Below the pieces are notes generated by a model. It saw only the letters and a program-made list of their open reading frames with translations. It had not been told where the DNA came from and made no database searches. From contig JAYTSD010000009.1 in the NCBI GenBank assembly GCA_043745805.1, positions 1-41,984 on the forward strand: a stretch of DNA of 41,984 nucleotides, read 5' to 3'. The translations under genes and the position numbers were made by a program. Source of the stretch: Fibrobacteria bacterium. GTDB taxonomy: Bacteria; Fibrobacterota; Fibrobacteria; UBA11236. Of this stretch, positions 32,168 through 41,984 are shown in pieces (position 1 is the first letter of the stretch; each line of letters starts with the position of its first letter).

Positions 32168-33451
32168 ATGACCTTAGAAAAATTACCTTTGCCAAGCATG
32201 ATTATACCTTCTCAGTTTCCGGATTCTTGGGGCCGTTTTGGGCCTTATGGCGGCAAATATGCGCCCGAAGTTTTAATGCCCGCTCTCGAAGAGTTAGAGC
32301 GCTTTTATCATCAAGTCAAAGACGATGTCGGGTTCTGTCAAGAGCTCAATGGATTACTTAAAGATTTTGTGGGTCGTCCTTCGCCGCTTTATTTTGCGGA
32401 ACGCTTAACGGAAAAATGCCAAGGCGCAAAAATTTACTTGAAGCGCGAAGATTTGAATCATACCGGTGCGCATAAAATCAATAATGCCATGGGGCAAATT
32501 TTGATTGCGCGTCGCATGGGCAAAAAACGTATTATCGCGGAAACGGGTGCGGGTCAACATGGAGTGGCCACAGCGACTGCTGCGGCGCGTTTCGGTATGG
32601 AATGTGTGATTTATATGGGTCGCGTGGATATGGAAAGACAAGCGCCGAATGTTTTTCGCATGCGCTTATTGGGTGCGGAAGTTGTACCGGTGGATAGTGG
32701 TAGCATGACTTTAAAAGATGCTATTAATGAAGCCATTCGCGATTGGGTTACGCATATCGATCATACGCATTATATTTTCGGTTCTGCTTTAGGGCCGCAT
32801 CCTTATCCTATGATAGTGCGCGACTTTCAAAAAATTATTGGCGAAGAAGTCGCCGTACAAATGCAAGAAAAAGAAAATCGTTTGCCCGATTGGTTAATCG
32901 CTTGCGTAGGCGGCGGCAGTAATGCCATTGGTTTATTTTATCACTTTCTCGATAAGCCTTCGGTACAAATGATCGGTGTCGAGGCCGGCGGTGAAGGCAT
33001 AGCCAGTGGTAAACATGCTGCGCGTTTTGAAGGCGGCGTATTGGGTGTTTTACATGGTGCTAAGAGTTATGTACTGCAAACCGATAAAGGACAAATCGCC
33101 GAAACGCATAGTATCTCGGCAGGTTTGGATTATGCTTCCGTAGGTCCTGAGCATGCTTATTATCGCGACCAAATGCGTATAAGTTACTCATCGGTTACGG
33201 ATATTGAAGCGCTAGAAGGCTTTCATACCTTATGTCGTTTGGAAGGCATTATTCCAGCTTTAGAAAGCGCTCATGCCATTGCTTATGCTTTAAAATTCGC
33301 ACCCACTTTAACGAAGGATAAATTGTTAGTGGTAAATCTTTCGGGCCGTGGCGACAAGGATATTCAAACCGTGATGTCAGCTATGGAAAATGATTCTCCT
33401 ATTGGGGTAACTTCAGCGGTACCGCATAAAAATACGGGGGCGCATAAATGA
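32168..33451 (+). CDS. trpB: Tryptophan synthase beta chain
   Basis: [44 protein letters not shown]. Confidence 0.98.
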   Translation: MTLEKLPLPSMIIPSQFPDSWGRFGPYGGKYAPEVLMPALEELERFYHQVKDDVGFCQELNGLLKDFVGRPSPLYFAERLTEKCQGAKIYLKREDLNHTGAHKINNAMGQILIARRMGKKRIIAETGAGQHGVATATAAARFGMECVIYMGRVDMERQAPNVFRMRLLGAEVVPVDSGSMTLKDAINEAIRDWVTHIDHTHYIFGSALGPHPYPMIVRDFQKIIGEEVAVQMQEKENRLPDWLIACVGGGSNAIGLFYHFLDKPSVQMIGVEAGGEGIASGKHAARFEGGVLGVLHGAKSYVLQTDKGQIAETHSISAGLDYASVGPEHAYYRDQMRISYSSVTDIEALEGFHTLCRLEGIIPALESAHAIAYALKFAPTLTKDKLLVVNLSGRGDKDIQTVMSAMENDSPIGVTSAVPHKNTGAHK

Positions 33452-34269
33452 GTGATCGGCCAATGAATCGCATCGATGCTGCTTTTGCACGTTTAAAAGC
33501 CCAAAAACAAAAAGCCTTTATTCCTTATTTGGCTGCTGGCGTGCCGGGTAAAGACGAAACCGTGGAGCTGGTTTTAGAGCTGGAAAAAATGGGCGCGGAT
33601 ATTGTTGAACTCGGTTACCCCTTTTCCGATCCCATGGCCGATGGGGCCGTCAATCAAGCGGCAGCCAATCGCGCATTGGAAAATAATATTGATGATGTCG
33701 CTTATTTTGAGATGATCAAAGGAATTCGAAAGCACTCGCAAATTCCTTTGGTGGTATTTTCTTATCTCAATCCCATTTTTCGTTTGGGACTCAAAGACTT
33801 TGCCGAACGTGCAAAAGCCGCAGGTGTAGACGGATTTTTACTGGTTGATATGCCAGCGGAAGAATCTGAAGAAATGGTGAGTATCTGTAAATCCCTTAAT
33901 TTGAGTTTTATTTTCTTGGCAGCACCAACCACCACTCCACAACGCTTGCAAACCATTATCCAAGCGAGTAGTGGATTTCTCTACTATATCTCGCGCACTG
34001 GCATTACCGGAGAACAAGATGATTTCCAAGCCGATTTCGAAAGCAAATTGAAAGCGATTAAGTCCGCGTCACCGATTCCGGTAGTGGTGGGTTTTGGCAT
34101 ATCAACTCCGGCGCACGTACGTACAGTTTGTAGTCTCTGTGATGGTGCCGTAGTGGGTAGTGCTATAGTACGCCGCACTTTAGATCGCAAACCCTTTGCC
34201 GAAGTTTTGCAGGACATCAAAAAATTAACCCAACCTTTAATTGCCCCTACAAAGGAAATATGGAATTAG
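33448..34269 (+). CDS. trpA: Tryptophan synthase alpha chain
   Basis: [38 protein letters not shown]. Confidence 0.97.
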   Translation: MSDRPMNRIDAAFARLKAQKQKAFIPYLAAGVPGKDETVELVLELEKMGADIVELGYPFSDPMADGAVNQAAANRALENNIDDVAYFEMIKGIRKHSQIPLVVFSYLNPIFRLGLKDFAERAKAAGVDGFLLVDMPAEESEEMVSICKSLNLSFIFLAAPTTTPQRLQTIIQASSGFLYYISRTGITGEQDDFQADFESKLKAIKSASPIPVVVGFGISTPAHVRTVCSLCDGAVVGSAIVRRTLDRKPFAEVLQDIKKLTQPLIAPTKEIWN

Positions 34270-34529
34270 CGGATTGGCGCGGCCAAATTGATGCCTTAAA
34301 TATCAAGATCTTAGAGGCTTTAAATGAACGCGCAACATGCGCTTTAGCTATAGGGGAGCTTAAGAAACAAAAAATGTTGCCCATATACGATCCGCTTCGA
34401 GAAAAACAAATTTTTGAAACTTTATTTAAAAGCAATCATGGTCCTTTATCCGATGAAGCGGTACAAAGAATTTTTGAATGCATAATTACCGAGCATCGTC
34501 TGCTTGAAGCCAATGGTCCCAAGGAATGA
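34260..34529 (+). CDS. Chorismate mutase (AroQ/type II)
   Basis: L..WR..ID....IL..LNER......IG..K......YDP.RE pattern. Confidence 0.9.
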   Translation: MELADWRGQIDALNIKILEALNERATCALAIGELKKQKMLPIYDPLREKQIFETLFKSNHGPLSDEAVQRIFECIITEHRLLEANGPKE

Positions 34530-34539
34530 AATAGACCTT

Positions 34540-35676
34540 ATGAATACCGCTCCTATTCAAACTCCTTTCTCTACCATTACTTTGGTAGGTTTAGGCCTAT
34601 TAGGAGCTTCTTTAGCCGAAGTCATTCGCAAGCGCTTTCCCACTACCCGTATCTTAGGTGTTTCCTCGTCCACTACTTTAGTTAAAGCGCAAGAGTTTGA
34701 TTTAGCTGATGAAATTTTCACTTATGAAGATATAGACCTAGCGGTAAGTCGAGCAAACTTAATCCTATTATGCACGCCGATTGCGCATATTCAAGAAACC
34801 TTAAAACGCTGGGCCATAACTAAGCCGAATTTTTTGGACCATGCAATTGTTACCGATGTGGGTAGTACTAAAGGTGAAATTTGCGCTTTAGCGGAAACTG
34901 TTTTTCCTGCCTCTTCTTCCCAAGAAGCCTGTTTTATTGGGTCGCATCCTATGGCGGGCAGTGAAAAAACGGGTATCGAAGCGCGTGATGCGCATTTATT
35001 TGAAAATGCCTCATGGGTCATTTGTCCCCATCCCAGTACCCATAAAGATACCGTATCGCGTTTGTTACATTTTGTGGAAATATTAGGCGCACGTCCTTCC
35101 ATCATGCAAGCGAATGAGCATGATCGCATAGCTGCGCATGTTTCGCATTTGCCGCAAATTATTTCTACCGCTTTAGCCAGCTTTATCGGCGAACAAAATA
35201 CCGTAGTAGAAAACTGTTTACAAATTGCAGGCGGCGGTTTTCGCGATATGACTCGTATTGCGGCCTCATCTTATGCCATGTGGGAACCCATATTGGCTAC
35301 CAATCAAAAAGAAATATTATCCGTACTCAGAAAATATCGTGAGCATTTAGGTCAACTGGAAACAGCGATGGGCCAACCGCAATTCAAAACTTATTTTCAA
35401 GCAGGCAATGCTTTGCGTAGTCGTTTAACCGTGCAGAAAAAAGGTTTCAGTACTACCCTTACGGAAATTTTGGTTGACCTACAAGATGCGCCGGGTATGC
35501 TTTTGCGCATCTTAAAACCTTTAGCAGAACAGGGTTTAAATGTTCTTGATGTGGAAATTTTAAAAGTGCGCGAAGGGGAAGAGGGAACTTTAATGTTAGC
35601 CTTTAAAACCTTAGAGCAAGCCAAACAAGCTATAGCAAGCCTAAACCAAAATAGTTTTCTCGCCCGATTGCGGTAA
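34540..35676 (+). CDS. tyrA: Prephenate/arogenate dehydrogenase with C-terminal ACT domain
   Basis: GLGLLGAS, TDVGSTK, GSHPMAGSE, HD...A.VSHLP, GGGFRDMTRIA, ACT (DAPG.L). Start uncertain (34504-34540). Confidence 0.93.
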   Translation: MNTAPIQTPFSTITLVGLGLLGASLAEVIRKRFPTTRILGVSSSTTLVKAQEFDLADEIFTYEDIDLAVSRANLILLCTPIAHIQETLKRWAITKPNFLDHAIVTDVGSTKGEICALAETVFPASSSQEACFIGSHPMAGSEKTGIEARDAHLFENASWVICPHPSTHKDTVSRLLHFVEILGARPSIMQANEHDRIAAHVSHLPQIISTALASFIGEQNTVVENCLQIAGGGFRDMTRIAASSYAMWEPILATNQKEILSVLRKYREHLGQLETAMGQPQFKTYFQAGNALRSRLTVQKKGFSTTLTEILVDLQDAPGMLLRILKPLAEQGLNVLDVEILKVREGEEGTLMLAFKTLEQAKQAIASLNQNSFLARLR

Positions 35677-35689
35677 GTAGGATAAAAGA

Positions 35690-37105
35690 ATGGAAACTTT
35701 ATTGACATCAGTCCTTGAAATTCGCCGCAGCAAGCGTCTCAAAGGTTCGCCCGTTTTACAAGGCGATTTCACCTTGAGTTTACAAGCATTATTTTTAGCA
35801 CTTTTGGCCGATGGCCAAACCCGTTTGGAAAATGTGCCTACTAGTGAAGATGTAAAAGACTTATTACAACGCCTAGGGACTTTAGGTTTTACGCATGAAA
35901 ATTTAGACGGTCATTTGTTGCTACAAGGCCAAATTGAAAAGCAAACAGAAACTACCGAGCCCGTTGCTTTAAAACATGAATTGGAAATGTTGATTTTTGC
36001 CGCTTGGGCCGCTGCACTTGGGTCTGCACAAATTTGGCAATGGAACGCTTTGACCATAGCACAAGATATTTTTGCGGTGATCTCAAAGCTTTTTCACATC
36101 GAAGAAGTTCAACTCGATCATGCCCCGCCGGATTTATCCGATTTAGAGCTAGCGAATTTACGCGCCTTCCGCGTAAAAGGTTTAAAGGTTAATCCTGCGG
36201 ATCCCTGTAAGGTTTCGGTATATAAATTGGAGGAGTATCCAATTAAAATTGCTTTATTGTTTTATCATATTGCCGCAGGAAAAAACATTAATTTGCTCTT
36301 GTCCAAAAGTGGTCCCGATATTTTAGAACATCTGATTCAACTTTTTGATGGTGATTTACAAATTCAAAAAGGTGCTGTTGAAGAAGGCGATGAATTAGCA
36401 AGGCGTATTGCCCGCCAAATGAAAGCGCAAGGCAAACAAGAGGTCATGGAAACGCTGAAGCTTAAGGGAACACAAAAGTTACAGCCCACATTTATTCGTA
36501 TACCCAATGATGTTTCCGAAGCCTCTGCTTTTGCTTTAGCCGCCACCTTAATTAAAGGTTCGGATATCTTTTTAGAAAATGTTTTACTCAATCCAACTAG
36601 GGCTTTGTTCTTTCAAGCTTTACGTCGCATGGGTGCCGATATTGAAATTTTGCAAAGGCGTGAAAAATTCGGGGAAACTTTTGCTAATGTGCGGGTACGA
36701 ACAGCGGAGCTGATAGGCAAACGCTTTAGTACCGAAAATTTATTGGGCATGCGCGAAGAAATTTTCTTGTTGATGATCGCGGCAGCTTATGCTGAAGGCG
36801 AATCGGTTATCCGCGATATTGCTTATTTGCATGCTTTTCCCGAAGATTTATTAAAACATATGGCGAATACGCTTAAAAATATCGGCGTCGAAGTCGGTGA
36901 ATTTGAAGATGGTTTGGTTATAAGGGGAAGAGCAGAAACTGATGGCACCACTACGAATGCTTTGGGACAAACTCCAGTTGCTTTGGCCTTAGTCGTACTT
37001 GCTTTAAAATCGCATGGTCAAAGCGTGATTGAAAATGCAGAATGTTTGGAACACCGTTATCCAGGCTTATTGGAACAATTCCAGCAATTAGGAAATAATC
37101 CATGA
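35690..37105 (+). CDS. EPSP-synthase (AroA)-fold protein with degenerate active site
   Basis: Scaffold motifs IPND.S.A..F, LNPTR, MGADI, AEGESVI, DGLVIRG and YPG are retained. The substrate-binding motifs are replaced. Confidence 0.8.
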   Translation: METLLTSVLEIRRSKRLKGSPVLQGDFTLSLQALFLALLADGQTRLENVPTSEDVKDLLQRLGTLGFTHENLDGHLLLQGQIEKQTETTEPVALKHELEMLIFAAWAAALGSAQIWQWNALTIAQDIFAVISKLFHIEEVQLDHAPPDLSDLELANLRAFRVKGLKVNPADPCKVSVYKLEEYPIKIALLFYHIAAGKNINLLLSKSGPDILEHLIQLFDGDLQIQKGAVEEGDELARRIARQMKAQGKQEVMETLKLKGTQKLQPTFIRIPNDVSEASAFALAATLIKGSDIFLENVLLNPTRALFFQALRRMGADIEILQRREKFGETFANVRVRTAELIGKRFSTENLLGMREEIFLLMIAAAYAEGESVIRDIAYLHAFPEDLLKHMANTLKNIGVEVGEFEDGLVIRGRAETDGTTTNALGQTPVALALVVLALKSHGQSVIENAECLEHRYPGLLEQFQQLGNNP

Positions 37106-38100
37106 AGCCAAAAATAAAATCCCAAGTCATTACAAAAAGTGAGGCAAAATCGGCAGCGAGTAAAACCGAAATTTTCGCTGAAGATCCTTCGGTATTTGCA
37201 CCCACAGGTGACATTAAAAGTATTGGTGTTGTAGCCTATAAGGGGCAAATGGATGCGGCTATGCGCGTATTGGCTTTATTTGCGGAGCGTCATCCTAAAG
37301 TAAAAATTTTTGTGAATACACTTTTAAAAAAATATGCAACGCTAAAAATGAAAAGCGTAAGCGATAATTTTTTACAAAAGCGTGTGGATCTTTTATTGTC
37401 TTTGGGTGGTGACGGCACATTTTTATCAGTGGCACGTTTGGTGGGTGGCGCAGGCACGCCTATTTTAGGGGTTAATTTAGGACGCGTGGGTTTTTTAGCC
37501 GATGTCGCTTTGGAAAATCTCGATCGTATTTTAGAAGAAATTTTGCAAAAAGATTATTCTATTCGGCGGCGGATGTTACTGGAAGTAACAGTGATTTCGG
37601 GCAAAAAAAAACGCTTGGTGGACTTGGCTTTGAATGATGTCACCTTTACTGGCAAAATGGGTTTTCAAATGATTAACCTTCGGGTTACGGCACAGGGACG
37701 TTTCCTCACGGATTATCGTGTCGATGGACTTTTGGTTTCCACGCCTACAGGCTCCACGGCTTATGCCTTATCGGCGGGTGGCCCCATTATTCATCCCGCG
37801 GCGGATTGTTTATTACTCACGCCGCTTAATCCCACTTCCTTATCCGTGCGACCATTAGTCTTACCGCCTTATCAGACCATTACTGTGCAAAGTGCTATGG
37901 AAAAAGGTCAGGAAGTGAACATGTTTGTGGATGGCCGGAATCAATTGCATTTAAAGCCCGAGGATGTGGTGATATTGCGCAAAAGCAAGCATTGCTTACA
38001 TATTGCAAGACCCCAAAATACGTCGTATTTTGAATCCTTAAGAAATAAATTGGGTTGGACTGGATCAAATGCATTGAGGCATCATGCTCAAGGAACTTAA
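37102..38100 (+). CDS. nadK: NAD kinase
   Basis: LGGDGT, GVNLGRVGFL, ALND, STPTGSTAYALSAGGP. Confidence 0.96.
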   Translation: MKPKIKSQVITKSEAKSAASKTEIFAEDPSVFAPTGDIKSIGVVAYKGQMDAAMRVLALFAERHPKVKIFVNTLLKKYATLKMKSVSDNFLQKRVDLLLSLGGDGTFLSVARLVGGAGTPILGVNLGRVGFLADVALENLDRILEEILQKDYSIRRRMLLEVTVISGKKKRLVDLALNDVTFTGKMGFQMINLRVTAQGRFLTDYRVDGLLVSTPTGSTAYALSAGGPIIHPAADCLLLTPLNPTSLSVRPLVLPPYQTITVQSAMEKGQEVNMFVDGRNQLHLKPEDVVILRKSKHCLHIARPQNTSYFESLRNKLGWTGSNALRHHAQGT

Positions 38101-39781
38101 AATTGAAAATCTCGCAGTCATTGAATCTGCGAAAATAAGTTGGGACAAAGGCTTTACCGCGATTACTGGCGAAACCGGAGCGGGAAAAAGCATTTTTATG
38201 AATGCTTTAAAATTACTCGTGGGCGCTAAAAGCAAAGCGGATCTCATTCGCCAGGGTGCCGATCGATTAAAAGTTGAAGGCATTTTTACTTTAGCTAAAA
38301 CCAAAGCTTCCAAAGAAGTTCAGAATTTACTGCAAAGCTGGGAAGTGGATAGTGACAGCGATGAAGTGATCATCGAACGGGAAATTTTTGCCACGGGAAA
38401 AAGTCGTTGTCGTCTTAATGGCTCCGTAGTGGCTATTTCCCAATTAGAAGAATTGGGTATGCATTTACTTGACTTGCATGGACAACATCAACAGCAGTCC
38501 TTGTTGGAAGCAAAAACCCATATTGATTATCTCGATGCTTTCGCACGCTTGGCGGATAAAAACACTAGTTATGCACAAGCTTATCAAAATTGGCGTGCCG
38601 AATTAGCCATTCTTTCTCAAAAAGAAGCCGAAACCCAGCGGTTACGCGAACAATTTGATTTTTTCAGTTTTCAATTTAAAGAATTAGATAAAGCCAAATT
38701 GGTTTTGGGTGAAGAAGAACAAATCGATGCCGAATTAAAGGTGCAAAATAGCCTCGGAAAAATCCGCGCCTTAAAAGACGGAGCCGCATCCATTTTGGAA
38801 GGCGATGAAAACAATGCCATTGCGCTCTTGCAACGTTTACAGCGAGAGCTTTTGAATTTAGAAAAACATGCTGGCACAGGTCGTTTCACTGCCTTGCAAG
38901 GCAAGCTGGATGGGGCTTGTGAGCTACTCGAAGAAGTGCGTCAAGGGCTTGGGGATTATGTTTTGCCACAAAATTTGGATGCGGGACAACTCGACATACT
39001 AAATAGCCGTCTTGCTTTATTACAAAAGCTTAAAGCCAAATATCATTTGGATTTACCCGGACTCATTGCCTTATATGAACAACGCGGTAAAGCCTTAAAT
39101 GATTTTGACAATTCGGATTCCAATTTATTAGGATTGCGAAATAATTTGCAAGAAGGTTTTAAAAATCTTTTAAAATTAGCCAGTGAATTGAGCAAGTCTC
39201 GGCAAAAAGCCGCCCAAGAATTTTCTGCACAAGTCAATCGACGCTTGGCGGATTTAGGTATGCCCGAAAGCCGTTTTTCCGTACATTTGGAAGCGGTAAT
39301 TCCCATATGGGAAAATGCCTCTAGTCTTGGAGCTAAGGGTTTTGATAAAGTGGAGTTTTATTTTGCGGCCAATCCTGGAGAAGCCCCCAAGCCTTTAAAA
39401 AATACCGCCTCAGGCGGAGAAGTGTCACGCATCATGTTGGCCTTAAAAACCGGTTTGGCAGAAAGTGATCCTCGCCCCTTATTGGTTTTCGATGAATTAG
39501 ATACCGGTATCGGTGGTGTTACGGCTCATCAAGTGGGTCAGGCTTTAAAAGAATTAGCCAAACATCATCAACTTATTGTCATTACCCATTTGCATCAGGT
39601 GGCGGCACAAGCCGAACATCAATGTAAAGTGGAAAAAGGCATTGAAGCTGGACGAACCTTCACACGCGTGATTCGTCTCAAAGGTAAAGAGCGCGTACAA
39701 GAACTGGCGCGTATGATGGGCGATGAAACTTCGCAAGCCACACTCAAGCATGCCCGTGAATTATTAGCGCATAATGAGTAA
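38084..39781 (+). CDS. recN: DNA repair protein RecN
   Basis: TGETGAGKS, HGQH, ANPGE, ASGGEVSR, FDELDTG, ITHLHQVAA. Confidence 0.96.
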   Translation: MLKELKIENLAVIESAKISWDKGFTAITGETGAGKSIFMNALKLLVGAKSKADLIRQGADRLKVEGIFTLAKTKASKEVQNLLQSWEVDSDSDEVIIEREIFATGKSRCRLNGSVVAISQLEELGMHLLDLHGQHQQQSLLEAKTHIDYLDAFARLADKNTSYAQAYQNWRAELAILSQKEAETQRLREQFDFFSFQFKELDKAKLVLGEEEQIDAELKVQNSLGKIRALKDGAASILEGDENNAIALLQRLQRELLNLEKHAGTGRFTALQGKLDGACELLEEVRQGLGDYVLPQNLDAGQLDILNSRLALLQKLKAKYHLDLPGLIALYEQRGKALNDFDNSDSNLLGLRNNLQEGFKNLLKLASELSKSRQKAAQEFSAQVNRRLADLGMPESRFSVHLEAVIPIWENASSLGAKGFDKVEFYFAANPGEAPKPLKNTASGGEVSRIMLALKTGLAESDPRPLLVFDELDTGIGGVTAHQVGQALKELAKHHQLIVITHLHQVAAQAEHQCKVEKGIEAGRTFTRVIRLKGKERVQELARMMGDETSQATLKHARELLAHNE

Positions 39782-39855
39782 AAACCACTAAAACATCTCT
39801 TCCTATTTGCAGTCGCCACGGCGAGAAGATATCTTTGGGGTTTGAGTAAATAATT

Positions 39856-41796
39856 ATGACTCCAACTAAATCCATCAAAGACACCCGAAATATTGCGATT
39901 TTAGCACATGTGGATGCAGGTAAAACCACCGTTTCGGAACGTTTATTGTATTTCAGTGATGTGATTCCCGGCATGGGCGAGGTGGATGAAGGCCTCGCCA
40001 CCATGGATTATTTAGAGGAAGAGCGTAAGCGCGGCATTACTATTGAAGCCGGTATAGCGGCCTATACTTGGAAAAATTCGGTGGTAACTTTTGTGGATAC
40101 GCCGGGTCATGTAGATTTTGGCGTAGAAGTCGATTTTGCTTTACAAGCGGTGGAAGGCGTGGTATTAGTGCTTTCGGGTGTGAGCGGAATTGAATCTCAA
40201 AGTTTAGAAGCTTGGCAAAAAATTCGCAGCAATAAAAATCGCGCCATGATTTTTATTAATAAACTCGATTTATCATCCTCGCATTATCAAAATGTACTGG
40301 ACCAAATACAACTTCTATTCAATGTAAAACCTTTTGCTTTAACCTTACCTATTTATTTGGATGGAAAAATTGATGGCGTACTTGACATTATAAATCAACT
40401 CGCACTATATCGATCCGTTGAAAATCCGCGTAAAATTATTAAAGGCTCTATTCCCACTTTTTTAGAAAAAGAATATAAAGAAGCAAGGAAAGCATTAATT
40501 GATGTGGCGTCACAATTTAATGATGAAGTGATGAATGCTTATTTAGCGGGTGAAGAAATCGCCTCAGAAGCCCTTTGGGCTGGTATTCGCGCTGCGATGC
40601 TAGCCGAACAACATATTCCCGTATATATGGGATCCGCTTTGAAGAATGTAGGTATTCGCCAATTAATGAATGGTATAAAATTTAGTATCGATGCACCCAC
40701 AACAAATTTGGAGTTACAAGCCTGTGGTGGGTTAGTAATCAAAATCCGTTACTATCGCGATTTAGGTAAAATTTTTTTAGTAAAATTATATAATCCACTA
40801 GAAACATTGATGTTACCCGATGCTAAATACTATCGCGTATTTGCCGAAAGCTTAGAGGAAATCCAACACGCTCCAGCCGGTGATATCATTGCCTTGCAGA
40901 CCCCTAAAAATTATCGCGTGGGGGAATTTCTTTTGACCTCTAATGAATCGCACCCTTCTGCTACTAAGAAGTATAGACCCTTGTTACAAGCGCGCATTGA
41001 ACTCATGCAAGCTGAAGATTATGATCATGTGCAAGAAGTTTTAAAGCATTTAGCTGATGCAGAACCTTCGATACAAATAGCTCCTGATTTAGAAACGGGC
41101 GGTTGGTTAATTCGTACCGTAGGCGAATTGCAATTAGAAGTGTTTGGACAAAAACTAAAACGGGATCATGCTTGCAATATTCGCATTGGCACTCCCACGG
41201 TACAGTACCTCGAAAAAATTAAAGCACCACTTTTAGATGTTTCCAATGAAACGACTTCGACTCAAGGTCAGGTGAACTTGAAGTTCGCAATAATGCCTCA
41301 TGTCGAAAATGATCAAAATATTTTGCATTGCGATTTATCTTTAGAAAATTCGTATAGGGAAGTTTTAGTCGCCACTTTTGAAATGTTCTGCAATTTGGGG
41401 CGTTGTGGTTATGGCCCTATTGCCGGCCTTAAATGTGAAATTCAAGAATTAACTTCGACAATAAAACCCATTCCTTTGCCACAATTGGCAAAATGTTTTG
41501 CGGATGCTTTGGAATTAAATCTCAATTGTGCCCATTTTGATAAATATGAGCCCCTCATGAATTTGGAAATTATCGTTCCTGATGAGTTTTGTGGGGCCGT
41601 TTTAGCTGATTTGGCGGCTCGTGGTAGTAATGTGCGAAAATTGGACTCCGACGGATATAACTCGATAATTTTATTAGAGATACCCTTGGCAAATACTTTC
41701 GGCTATACTACTTTGTTGCGCTCCTTATCAAAAGGATTGGGAGTATACGTTTTGACGTATGAAAAACATGGTTTACGAAAAAAAAGTAAACCGTAA
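39856..41796 (+). CDS. Divergent elongation factor G-like translational GTPase
   Basis: AHVDAGKTT, RGITI, DTPGHVDF, NKLD, GSAL; GELQLE (domain III) and EPLM....VP...G.V..DL..RG (domain V). Domains II and IV are divergent. Confidence 0.88.
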   Translation: MTPTKSIKDTRNIAILAHVDAGKTTVSERLLYFSDVIPGMGEVDEGLATMDYLEEERKRGITIEAGIAAYTWKNSVVTFVDTPGHVDFGVEVDFALQAVEGVVLVLSGVSGIESQSLEAWQKIRSNKNRAMIFINKLDLSSSHYQNVLDQIQLLFNVKPFALTLPIYLDGKIDGVLDIINQLALYRSVENPRKIIKGSIPTFLEKEYKEARKALIDVASQFNDEVMNAYLAGEEIASEALWAGIRAAMLAEQHIPVYMGSALKNVGIRQLMNGIKFSIDAPTTNLELQACGGLVIKIRYYRDLGKIFLVKLYNPLETLMLPDAKYYRVFAESLEEIQHAPAGDIIALQTPKNYRVGEFLLTSNESHPSATKKYRPLLQARIELMQAEDYDHVQEVLKHLADAEPSIQIAPDLETGGWLIRTVGELQLEVFGQKLKRDHACNIRIGTPTVQYLEKIKAPLLDVSNETTSTQGQVNLKFAIMPHVENDQNILHCDLSLENSYREVLVATFEMFCNLGRCGYGPIAGLKCEIQELTSTIKPIPLPQLAKCFADALELNLNCAHFDKYEPLMNLEIIVPDEFCGAVLADLAARGSNVRKLDSDGYNSIILLEIPLANTFGYTTLLRSLSKGLGVYVLTYEKHGLRKKSKP

Positions 41797-41886
41797 GAAC
41801 TGAGAAAATAAGTCTTCTCAGAGTACGAGTCTCAAAAGAGGCTTAGCTCTTTGACAAGTTCAAGTTTAGAGGGAATGGAAATTAGC

Positions 41887-41984
41887 ATGGCTAAAGCGAA
41901 ATTTGAGCGGAAGAAACCGCATGTAAACATTGGAACCATTGGTCACGTGGATCATGGTAAGACAAGCTTAACAGCAGCTATCAC
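41887..41984 (+). CDS. tuf: Elongation factor Tu (5' part, truncated by window end)
   Basis: [32 protein letters not shown]. Confidence 0.97.
   Translation, partial: MAKAKFERKKPHVNIGTIGHVDHGKTSLTAAI

Overview
Bacterial chromosomal window, probably Fibrobacterota or another FCB-group lineage. This is inferred from several T9SS-like C-terminal domains, a cadherin/Ig-repeat lipoprotein and gene style, and is not verified. The most striking part is 1-6022, which reads as an atypical integron. An intact, short tyrosine recombinase (5177-6022) lacks the IntI-specific insertion and sits divergent from an attI-like site (5114-5132). A minus-strand cassette array follows, separated by two ~250-260 bp multi-branched attC-like structures (3676-3935 and 90-338) that share motifs and show compensatory stem changes. 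Cassette A carries an HNH-like protein. Cassette B carries a Dcm-DUF262-HEPN putative defence operon. A third cassette runs off the left edge. Each complete cassette has matching terminal inverted repeats extending beyond the 7-bp core. The rest of the window holds a small GC-shifted beta-helix/PPIase island, recF-dciA-gyrB, a large Ig-repeat lipoprotein, ABC-F, CDF, AKR, degP-fliW-csrA, DUF1800/DUF1501, a porin, rluE, and a trpB-trpA-CM-tyrA-(degenerate aroA)-nadK-recN-(divergent EF-G)-tuf run. All calls come from reading motifs by eye; no database searches were run.
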